From: Giardia intestinalis
Lineage: Eukaryota
NCBI GenBank assembly: GCA_000002435.2
Contig: CM018789.1
Reading direction: 5' to 3' (one strand)
DNA length: 64,000 nt
Below are positions 38,543 through 46,524 of the stretch, one piece after another. Position numbers and translations under genes: made by a program. Every line of letters starts with the position of its first letter. Position 1 is the stretch's first letter. The notes beneath the pieces were generated by a model. It saw only the letters and a program-made list of their open reading frames with translations, ran no database searches and was not told the DNA's origin.

Positions 38543-39628
38543 TTAGAAATTGCGGGCCTCAAAGTCCTCTACAATGCGTGTCACGACAGCCAGTGCCGTG
38601 TCACGGTCCTTTGCGCCCCCAAGGAAACCGCTCTTATGAACAAAAGACATGCCCTGGTACCCGCTGACATTCTGAAGCGCTTCGTCCCTCAGCCCGCGCC
38701 AGGCCTCCGGGAGTCCCAGCCTGAATGCAAATGAGCCCTTCTGTGTCGAAACGGTCCTAATACGGTAGCCAGCTTGGTAGTCGTCTGGATGTATGAGAAA
38801 CAGGATAGTGTCACCGCCAGGCCCGTCTTTGCATAGAGATAGATCATGTTCCACCGAATGAATAAATTGTTGATATGGCCCCGGGCTAGAGAGCTCAATG
38901 ATGCGACCACTGGGGTGAAGCTTATGTGCTTGCTCAATAGCTCTAACAAGCTCTCTGCGCGCGGGCAAGTAAGTTATTACTACGGTCTGTATCCACTCCA
39001 TGAAGTCCTGTCCAGCCATCTTGTAAGCTGTTCCAAAACCCTCATCACCGGCAATCTCATAAATGCGAGTGATTCGTGCACTCATAGATGTGGGGTCAGT
39101 CCATCGGCAAATAGGCTCAGACCCATCAGTGTTATAGTGACTCTCTACCCCGTTGTCCACAGCGTCAACCACGCGGATATAGTTGTCATACACATAGTGA
39201 TAGAGAAACTCAAGCTCTGTGGGCCCGTCTAAACGCGGGAAGAGCTGCTTTAGAATACTTCTTCCATAGTGCACATATATTAGTCCTGCAGAACTTAAAC
39301 ATATGTCTTTGTACGCATCTGAAAAGAACACCTGGAAGCCCTTCATGTGATGATCGAAGCACAGCTTCTCGCTATCGTAAACATCCCCCACATCCACTGT
39401 GATGGTAGCAAACTCTAGCTCTTCAGGGTCGCGCGTACGCATGATGCGTGCGTCAATATAATCTGGAAGCTGCTTAATGAACCAAACCGCAAGACATTCG
39501 TCCCAGTGAAATTTACCGTCATGGGTGGCAATAATTTTAAATGGTGTGCCTGAACCCTGCTTAGGGGAGTCAGATGAAACTATGCTTGACGTGGAGGCCA
39601 CGAATTTGAGCTTCGAGGTGTCAATCAT
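38543..39628 (-). CDS. MYG1: MYG1 / UPF0160 / GAMM1 family metal-dependent hydrolase
   Basis: ATHDGKFHWDECLAVW matches the MYG1 'THxGxFHxDE' motif. The downstream block DVGDVYDSEKLCFDHH also fits. Length 361 aa is family-typical. Confidence 0.85.
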   Translation of the reverse strand: MIDTSKLKFVASTSSIVSSDSPKQGSGTPFKIIATHDGKFHWDECLAVWFIKQLPDYIDARIMRTRDPEELEFATITVDVGDVYDSEKLCFDHHMKGFQVFFSDAYKDICLSSAGLIYVHYGRSILKQLFPRLDGPTELEFLYHYVYDNYIRVVDAVDNGVESHYNTDGSEPICRWTDPTSMSARITRIYEIAGDEGFGTAYKMAGQDFMEWIQTVVITYLPARRELVRAIEQAHKLHPSGRIIELSSPGPYQQFIHSVEHDLSLCKDGPGGDTILFLIHPDDYQAGYRIRTVSTQKGSFAFRLGLPEAWRGLRDEALQNVSGYQGMSFVHKSGFLGGAKDRDTALAVVTRIVEDFEARNF

Positions 39629-39649
39629 TTTTTAAGTCGGTGTATCTTT

Positions 39650-40204
39650 TTACTCTATCATATAAATTCGTCCGTTCTCATGCATGTCTGCCGGTGGCAT
39701 TTGCACAGCCGGATACCCTATGGCTAAAGCACAGAGTACTCTTCTGTTTGGCGAGTTGAGTAACCGTAAAACATCCAGGACAATCCTTTCCGAATCTTCT
39801 CCGTAAACGTTCTTGCGGCCATAGAATTGCTCCCAGGAACAGGCGAGGCCAAAGTCTGAGCATGCTAGCTGGATCATGGCGGCGGCTATCGACATGTCCG
39901 TCGCGATGCTTGTTACCCCGTCATTTTGTATTCCCATAACGACAATCAGCAGCTTTGCATGCTGCATATATTCTGCTTTTTCGCCCTTGGCCTGCGAAAT
40001 CGTCTTTATTATGCGCGGATTAGTCACAAACGCGAACTCCGTGTGTCGCGTGTTATGCCCCGTGGGGATAGCGACGGCAACTTTGCGTAAATATTCGATG
40101 GCCTCTATTGAAACGGATTCCTTCGTGTACTGCTTGATTGCGCGCCTCCGTAAGATAGCGTCACAAATGGGAGGCATAGACCTTTGAAATTTCCAGTTTT
40201 TCAC
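39650..40204 (-). CDS. bacterial-type nitroreductase (NADH/FMN-dependent nitroreductase fold) lacking a ferredoxin domain
   Basis: Length 184 aa. AILRRRAIKQY matches the nitroreductase N-terminal RRS.R motif. The overall size and pattern fit the family, and there is no N-terminal 2x[4Fe-4S] domain. Confidence 0.65.
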   Translation of the reverse strand: MKNWKFQRSMPPICDAILRRRAIKQYTKESVSIEAIEYLRKVAVAIPTGHNTRHTEFAFVTNPRIIKTISQAKGEKAEYMQHAKLLIVVMGIQNDGVTSIATDMSIAAAMIQLACSDFGLACSWEQFYGRKNVYGEDSERIVLDVLRLLNSPNRRVLCALAIGYPAVQMPPADMHENGRIYMIE

Positions 40205-40240
40205 GTCTTTTTACATTTCTCACAAGGACTGAGGATTTGC

Positions 40241-40274
40241 ATCTATATCTATATCTGTATCTGCATCTGCATCC
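40241..40274. repeat. imperfect hexanucleotide microsatellite, (ATATCT)n then (GCATCT)n
   Basis: The sequence atctatatctatatctgtatctgcatctgcatcc is visible directly. When translated it yields ICIYIYICICICI inside the over-extended 40184 ORF. Confidence 0.7.
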
Positions 40275-40291
40275 ATAACTTCACCCTTGCC

Positions 40292-43200
40292 TTTATGGCT
40301 TCCAACATAGATCTGGTACAGGTCGTCTTCCCCACTGCAGTAGTTCATAACGTCTGGAACTGGATAGATACTACCGAGCAGAGGTCAAAGGTCGCTGTCT
40401 TCCTTGTTGACTTCTTGGATCTGCACGACTCCGTCATCTCTGAGCGATGTGACCATCTATTTACCTGTTCGTTCAATAATAAGCGCCCCCAAAAGCTCGG
40501 CCACAGAGCCGCATACGCCGGTGCAGGTGTCTGCGAAGTATCTTCTCTTTTGCCCAGCACGTGGACCAGCAAAAGTCTATTGATAGGCGTGCTTTGGTCG
40601 GCAGGCGAGTTGGCTGACACAACCAAGATCTGCACTGAGATGGCAGAGGTAGTGTTTGCCAAAGGATCTGAGAGGCGCAAATTTCTTATCCAGATACCTG
40701 TATATAGCGAACCACTATCCTTTCTTACGATGTTTACCATAGTCATTGTTCTCTTTCTTTTCTGTATTGCATTAGGGTTTACAATCTTGGCCTGTTTCCT
40801 CATCCAAAGAAGTTACACACAGAAATTTATCGTTCTCACATCACTGAATCGCGCTGCAACCAATTATGCTTACTTTGATTACATTACCAAGCAGATAATC
40901 GCTAAGTGTAAAGACATGCATTCAGTAACCGAGCAGCTTAGGCCATTGGGCCCAAAGCACAAGGAGTTACCGGATTATGCATCCACTAAGGAACCGAAAA
41001 GATCAGCATCCAGGAAGATTGGTATACTTGAGGCTGACCCATACGCTGGAAAGGGCAAAGAACGCAAGCAGGACAACGCTGGCACAGCTCTTACATTGTT
41101 GTCTTCACTTCCTCATATGCCCAACGACGCAGCCGATAACTCAGCGCAACACAGAAGAAAGACACGTCAGCTACGGCATCGGCACAACTTAGGTCCACGA
41201 TTGGCCCCTACTAGACAACTCAGTAGTTTATCCCTTGAAAAGCTGAGAGAACGAGCACTTCCACATTCTAACAATTACGCCGTTGATAACATGACTTCCG
41301 AAGACCAACGTAAGGTCTGCTCATTCCTTCCGAAGCAACCTAATATCATCCAAACTCTTGACGACAATCTTCGCTACTTATCAAGCTATCCCATTGAGCA
41401 CATCTCCAATCTTGACACGAATTATTCATATGAAGTTCATAAATATAACAATGCAAATGTGCTTTTTTCACAAATCGTTATGCCAATCTGGGCCAGCGCC
41501 CTAATATTTTCCAAAACAATGAAGCTACAGGCCATGTCGGACAATAGAAAGGCCGATGTTGCAGCTATCAAAGGGGTCTTCATTTTAGTCGTAGATAAAA
41601 TCTACGATAATAGGTACGTGCTTCCTAGAGAGCTTGTGGGCATCTGTGCCTTCAATAAAAATAGTAAGTTTCACTTCTGCATGATCACTGATTTGAATAA
41701 TTATATGCCTTTGCCGGACTTCCTCCAAGGTGTAAGAGCTAGCGTCAGCAGGCATGGACTTACCTCTGAAAGCTTCTGTTACAATATTAATCTAATCCAC
41801 GAGCTCCTTAGGCTATGCAGACAACGAATGCGAGACAGGAAAGAACCAACTAACATATCGAAAGACGATCAGGCCCACCAAGATTCAAGCACCGACTTGG
41901 AGCCGGACTTGTTGAACACATCTGGCACTAAGCACTTTGTATCACCGGCTTCATCTTTTGTTACGGCACATCCGTCTAAGAGTCCATCCACTGTCTCTAC
42001 TAAAGAATCATCTATTTCTGTCCCTTCCCTCAAAGAACTTAAGAGGATGAACTCTCAAGAGCTGATAGATCTCCTCAGACCAGATGTTTTTACCATCTTG
42101 AATAGGCCTGCCACGAGATTCATTACGATAATCCATGCACTGAATGCTCAGCATATTCGTCGGTCATCGGGTGCAGCCTTTCTGCAGCTAAGGTCTGGCC
42201 AATCCCTGGAAGCCGCGGGAAAGTGTCAGCAACGGCAGACGGATAGCGCTGTAGACGATAAACCTGATAGAACTAGCTCTTTTTCGGGCTCCCGACGAAA
42301 CAAGACTCTACTTTATAAACTTCCGCCTTCCCATCTTCAGAGCAAGCTGCGAAACTCTAAAAACATATCAGAGACATCTGAAGTAACAGAGTCGTCAAAT
42401 GATGATAGATACAGTGACAACTTACCGTTAACTCCTTTGTTTGACGGGTTGCAAGGCACAAGAGACAGCACTGACAGTTCAGACCCTGATAATTGTGACA
42501 TAGTTGCGTGCTTGTGCCACAAGCTAGAGCAAACAGCAGACGTCAAATCTGGCGACACTCAGCTTCGGGCAGTGCCGTTGGACACTGTAGCGACGCAGAG
42601 CGTTTCGCAATGTATTTCACAGAGCATTTCGCGGTCATCCTATACTATGCTCCCACCACTTCCATTGAAGTATAGCACTAGCCCTACACCTAGCTCTACA
42701 TTCACGCCATGCACAGATACCCAAGTCTATATGGAAGCCCACAGCAGCTTTATGTTCGGTAGCTGCTTAGTTGAGGACTGTGCTCTGCAAGAAATTTATG
42801 ACGCTTTGGCATACTTGGGATCATCTGCCAGGGAGCGTATGGCTCGACTTTTAATAAAAGAGATTGCTACACGCAGGCACAGCCTTAAGGACATACAATA
42901 TTTTGACAAGGATTGCATACTAATTAGCATGGATCGTGTATTAACTGATTCTGAGATGGAAGTCGAGATTGACATTAAGCTGGAGCCATTCTCTATGTTG
43001 CTGCGAAACATCAATATGATACCCCGACCAGTTACCGCGAAGACAGACTGTGGGAATACGTCAAGTGTCGACATGTATGTGCGGATTCTGCTTATCTATT
43101 TAGAGCTTATCACTCTCCTGGATTGTACGCAGAGCGATTTGGAGGAACTTTCTATCTTCTTACCTGAGCTCAGAGGCGACGCAGACTACGGGACTGCAAT

Positions 43201-43345
43201 TCAGCGTCTGCTGCTATTGATCAAGGACTTCTCCACAATAGTATCGGGGGAAAGAAACGACACAAGCGGCGGAGCTAGCGGAGCCGGTGCTAGTTTAACG
43301 AAAGCAGACTTGTGGAGAGGATATTTACTCCCTATATTCACATGA
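40292..43345 (+). CDS. hypothetical protein of about 1017 aa with one predicted TM segment (FLTMFTIVIVLFLFCIALGFTILACFLI)
   Basis: The long ORF beginning at 40184 would overlap the nitroreductase start and read through the microsatellite. The Met at 40292 (MASNIDLV...) is the likelier start. No family recognised. Confidence 0.55.
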   Translation, partial: FMASNIDLVQVVFPTAVVHNVWNWIDTTEQRSKVAVFLVDFLDLHDSVISERCDHLFTCSFNNKRPQKLGHRAAYAGAGVCEVSSLLPSTWTSKSLLIGVLWSAGELADTTKICTEMAEVVFAKGSERRKFLIQIPVYSEPLSFLTMFTIVIVLFLFCIALGFTILACFLIQRSYTQKFIVLTSLNRAATNYAYFDYITKQIIAKCKDMHSVTEQLRPLGPKHKELPDYASTKEPKRSASRKIGILEADPYAGKGKERKQDNAGTALTLLSSLPHMPNDAADNSAQHRRKTRQLRHRHNLGPRLAPTRQLSSLSLEKLRERALPHSNNYAVDNMTSEDQRKVCSFLPKQPNIIQTLDDNLRYLSSYPIEHISNLDTNYSYEVHKYNNANVLFSQIVMPIWASALIFSKTMKLQAMSDNRKADVAAIKGVFILVVDKIYDNRYVLPRELVGICAFNKNSKFHFCMITDLNNYMPLPDFLQGVRASVSRHGLTSESFCYNINLIHELLRLCRQRMRDRKEPTNISKDDQAHQDSSTDLEPDLLNTSGTKHFVSPASSFVTAHPSKSPSTVSTKESSISVPSLKELKRMNSQELIDLLRPDVFTILNRPATRFITIIHALNAQHIRRSSGAAFLQLRSGQSLEAAGKCQQRQTDSAVDDKPDRTSSFSGSRRNKTLLYKLPPSHLQSKLRNSKNISETSEVTESSNDDRYSDNLPLTPLFDGLQGTRDSTDSSDPDNCDIVACLCHKLEQTADVKSGDTQLRAVPLDTVATQSVSQCISQSISRSSYTMLPPLPLKYSTSPTPSSTFTPCTDTQVYMEAHSSFMFGSCLVEDCALQEIYDALAYLGSSARERMARLLIKEIATRRHSLKDIQYFDKDCILISMDRVLTDSEMEVEIDIKLEPFSMLLRNINMIPRPVTAKTDCGNTSSVDMYVRILLIYLELITLLDCTQSDLEELSIFLPELRGDADYGTAIQRLLLLIKDFSTIVSGERNDTSGGASGAGASLTKADLWRGYLLPIFT

Positions 43346-43586
43346 TTTATGTACTAGCTTTTATATATGAGCTCCCTCCTTCCCTCTAAGTTGCTAATTG
43401 ACATCTGAGCATGAGGTCAAGAGTTTAGTACAGATCATGTTCATTTATAGAGTCAGAGAATGCAATATCTCTGAGTAGGGATTTACAATGACTGCTATAT
43501 TAAGACTACTACATTAAATACAACTCGTGAATAACTTACCGGTCTATCATCACAAGAATCCTATAATTCAGAAGGATTGAAACTTT

Positions 43587-44579
43587 TTAACGTTTCGAGC
43601 GCATGATCTGCTGTATCTTTACCCCTATTGTCATTAAGATCTTGGCCTGAACTGACAAGTGCTCACCAATTTGCTTTACTATGGACGGATCTTTAAGAGC
43701 AGGGTATCTGGCCATAAAGTCCTTTTCCACTTTGTCCTTATCCCCGTCTAGAACCTCCTTCAGTAACAGAAAGCGGCTACGCAGTGTATCTCCGTATTGT
43801 GATTCTAGGGATTGGTTAATTTTCTTACATGCAAGCTCGTGCGTTATTGGTATCCCCGTTTGCTCCTCTAATCTGGACCCTATGGAGAAAATTAACAGCG
43901 TTGACTTCTTAGACAGCTCTTTGAGCTTCTTACTATTATCTAGCACTTTATCTGTTTCTTGGTAAATAGATTCCATATCTTTCTTTATCTCTTGTAGCGT
44001 CGTGGTGTGTGCAGCTGCCCGTGCAGCCAGCTGTTCAAACCCGTACACGAGGACGGGGGAGTATCGCGTGCAGTCAGGGCAGCACCGCCTTGCCTCCAGC
44101 CAGAGCTTTTCATCGTTATACGGTGGAACGTTGGGGTCGGCAGAGGGAGGTTGCGGGGCCGGTGGAGCCCCAAAACCGGGTTTGGAGAAGCTTCCGAAGC
44201 CAGAACCAAACCCGCTAAGGCCTGTCGTGAGAGGCGCAGGTGGAGGATCCTTTTTAGAGGCAAGCTCATCGTAAAAGAAGCCGGAGAGAGGGGTCTGGTA
44301 AGATGAGGCGTAGATATTAAGAAGAGAGCTGAAAACGTCGACAAGCCTGCCCTTCTGTGCCATAAGATGAAGAGATTGAGGAATGTCTATCTGCTGTTGA
44401 TGGCTGCACGGCCCCTGCACCTCCCGTTTTGCATTGTCGTTTGTAGGAGCATTAAGGCCAAAAATACCCTTATCTGCAGACAAAGAAACACCGATGGATG
44501 AAGACGTTAGCGGGGCAGACGGTTTTGATACTCCAGAGAAGGCTGCAATAGACATGGGCTGAGCGTTGAAGGACCGCAT
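43587..44579 (-). CDS. FG-repeat protein with C-terminal coiled coil, candidate central-channel nucleoporin (Nup54/Nup58-like)
   Basis: The middle region GLSGFGSGFGSFSKPGFGAPPAPQPP carries FG repeats. The N-terminus is Ser/Thr-rich. The C-terminal 150 aa are predicted alpha-helical/coiled coil (LEEQTGIPITHELACKKINQSLESQYGDTLRSRFLLLKEVL...). Confidence 0.5.
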   Translation of the reverse strand: MRSFNAQPMSIAAFSGVSKPSAPLTSSSIGVSLSADKGIFGLNAPTNDNAKREVQGPCSHQQQIDIPQSLHLMAQKGRLVDVFSSLLNIYASSYQTPLSGFFYDELASKKDPPPAPLTTGLSGFGSGFGSFSKPGFGAPPAPQPPSADPNVPPYNDEKLWLEARRCCPDCTRYSPVLVYGFEQLAARAAAHTTTLQEIKKDMESIYQETDKVLDNSKKLKELSKKSTLLIFSIGSRLEEQTGIPITHELACKKINQSLESQYGDTLRSRFLLLKEVLDGDKDKVEKDFMARYPALKDPSIVKQIGEHLSVQAKILMTIGVKIQQIMRSKR

Positions 44580-44607
44580 GACTCAATGAAATTTATTCTT
44601 AGAAACA

Positions 44608-45654
44608 TCAGGTTAAATGGCTAATGCTCAGGTTATCCGATGGCGCTGCGTCCGATTCTGCCCGTTTGTGGACAAGCTTGACACGCAGCTGCTCCAAAAA
44701 CTCCAGCTCTTGGGCAATGAAAGCTCTTAAATCTGCAGTGGTCCGGGAGTCAAGGGTCATCCAAAGAGTGTTGAAATCTCCAAACCCGCTACGCATCGAT
44801 GAGAGGGTTACAAGCTCTCTTGTCGTCCCTTCAACCATATCACCTAGCTGAGTCGCTGCACTGAGTATTGCTTTCCGCTGAGCCGGATTGGAACACCCAT
44901 ACTCCCGCTCTTCAATAATCTTCATGAGTTTAAAAGAAATAGCTCCGTAAAGGGAGGTGCATTGAGATAAAAGAGATGAAATGACATTCGAGTGATTGAC
45001 CAAGTCGTTTAGACGCTCGTCAAAGTTATAAGCAGACGGCGAAGACAATCCATCCTTGAGCTCGCTAAGTTTAGCAGTGTGGGTATTTGCGCGTGTAACC
45101 AGCCCCTCTATCCCGACAACTTCATTTGCATCTGACTTACCTTGAGCAGGCTTTTGTTGGAAGCCAAGGCCGAAACCAAAACCAGATCCTCCACTTTGCC
45201 CCAAAACGCCTCCTCCTCCGAAGCCGCCAAACCCTCCTGGCTTTGTCCCAAACCCTAAAGTGCCCGAGGACCCTAGCGTACCAGATGTGGCTGTGGTAGT
45301 TGGTAACGGCTTGTCTAACTTTAGTCCTGCTGATTTAAAGTTCGCCTTGAAGAGGCAAGTATCTGATTCGGTTGGCAGATAGGCCTTTTCCAGTACTGTG
45401 GCAAACACTCCAGCTCCTATTGTGTTGATAACCCGTGCCATCTCACTTTGCTGAGTCGTGTTTTGGGCTTGCCCGGCTAGGCTTCCAAACTCCATGCTGG
45501 GCTTGGCCCCAAAGCCCCCGCCAAACGTCGTGCCTCCTGCTGAAGTAGACCCAGAACCGAAGGTACCGAAGGTACCAAAGCCCGTGGGCTTGGCCCCAAA
45601 GCTGAAGCCCGACGTGGGAGCGCCTGCAGAAAATGCACCGGCCTGCATTTCCAA
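44608..45654 (-). CDS. FG/GFG-repeat protein with C-terminal coiled coil, candidate Nup62/Nsp1-like nucleoporin
   Basis: The N-terminal half is SGFSFGAKPTGFGTFGTFGSG...GFGGFGGGG...GFGFGLGF, which are FG, GFG and FGxxP repeats. The C-terminal 130 aa are heptad-like (ELVTLSSMRSGFGDF...LEFLEQLRVKLVHKRAE). This architecture is the Nup62 family's. Confidence 0.55.
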   Translation of the reverse strand: MEMQAGAFSAGAPTSGFSFGAKPTGFGTFGTFGSGSTSAGGTTFGGGFGAKPSMEFGSLAGQAQNTTQQSEMARVINTIGAGVFATVLEKAYLPTESDTCLFKANFKSAGLKLDKPLPTTTATSGTLGSSGTLGFGTKPGGFGGFGGGGVLGQSGGSGFGFGLGFQQKPAQGKSDANEVVGIEGLVTRANTHTAKLSELKDGLSSPSAYNFDERLNDLVNHSNVISSLLSQCTSLYGAISFKLMKIIEEREYGCSNPAQRKAILSAATQLGDMVEGTTRELVTLSSMRSGFGDFNTLWMTLDSRTTADLRAFIAQELEFLEQLRVKLVHKRAESDAAPSDNLSISHLT

Positions 45655-45704
45655 CTTGATTTTTCCACTTTACCAAAATTTAAAACAAAAACTAAAATTG
45701 CAGG

Positions 45705-46448
45705 ATGAGCAGGAACACCTTCATGAAGAAATTGGCCGACAAGATAAACTACAAGGCCGACGACAATGAGATTTATGAGAAACGATTGGCCTTGGCACAG
45801 TTGCTGGAGGAGTTTGGTTCGCTGCCAATGCTTGTTGTAAGTGGATTTTTGCAAAAGAGTATCGGTGGGATGTTTTTCAATGGAACGGTCGCCTTTGTCG
45901 GCATCGTTATGGCGTGGATCTTGCCGGCCAACGCCTTGTTTGATGCTTTTCTTTTTCTTTCAATATTCACGCTTTTGAAGATCGTGTTTTCGGCGGCTGC
46001 AGTTGATAAAGCGATCGATGACATGCTAAAGAATGTCAAGAATAGAGAGATTATTTACGAAAAACTCCTGAAGAGTATGGCCAAGCACGCAGTCTGTACC
46101 CGTACCGCCTTCGAGACCCTCGGAGCTCAGAACCAACTTATGCTTATGATAGTACTAACCTTTTTCGCCTTCTTTATCCCCCTGCCCGTCTTCGCCACCA
46201 TCGGCCTTCTGCTCGTCGCATTATTCCCCGTTTATAACATAATCTCGAAACAGGAGGCAGAACGATTCCTGGCCTCACCACCGGTCTCTCCACGTGTGCG
46301 AACAAACCACCCTATTCGCGGTGGGGTTCCCGACTCTCTTGTCAATTCCCTGCGTAATGATCAAGCAGCTAATGATGCAGGGTCTCAACTGGTCACATCT
46401 CTCATCCCGCCGCCACCACCACCACCGCCAGCTAAGCTTGGTGAATAA
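45705..46448 (+). CDS. double-hairpin membrane protein (reticulon / Yop1-DP1 / PRA1-like topology) with a poly-Pro C-terminus
   Basis: Two hydrophobic hairpins of about 40 aa each (FNGTVAFVGIVMAWILPANALFDAFLFLSIFTLLKIVF and LMLMIVLTFFAFFIPLPVFATIGLLLVALFPVY) are separated by a hydrophilic loop of about 50 aa. It is a paralogue of 49185..49763. Confidence 0.55.
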   Translation: MSRNTFMKKLADKINYKADDNEIYEKRLALAQLLEEFGSLPMLVVSGFLQKSIGGMFFNGTVAFVGIVMAWILPANALFDAFLFLSIFTLLKIVFSAAAVDKAIDDMLKNVKNREIIYEKLLKSMAKHAVCTRTAFETLGAQNQLMLMIVLTFFAFFIPLPVFATIGLLLVALFPVYNIISKQEAERFLASPPVSPRVRTNHPIRGGVPDSLVNSLRNDQAANDAGSQLVTSLIPPPPPPPPAKLGE

Positions 46449-46465
46449 GAAGCGTCGACACTTTC

Positions 46466-46472
46466 AGTAAAC
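46466..46472 (+). promoter_or_regulatory. putative polyadenylation signal AGTAAAC 18 nt after the stop
   Basis: Matches AGTPuAAPy. Confidence 0.4.
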
Positions 46473-46524
46473 ATCATTCCCTGCGCGATCGACTTTTCTG
46501 TAATTTAAAACTAAAGATTGCGGC

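Noticed and set aside
43448-43560. Possible minus-strand box C/D snoRNA, with GUGAUGA at 43547-43553 and CUGA at 43453-43456, in the convergent spacer
   Set aside because: The box spacing of about 90 nt is acceptable, but I could not find a terminal stem pairing the 5' and 3' flanks or an obvious guide region. A small hairpin (AAUCC...GGAUU) beside it fits a 3' UTR structure just as well. It is retained only as a note.
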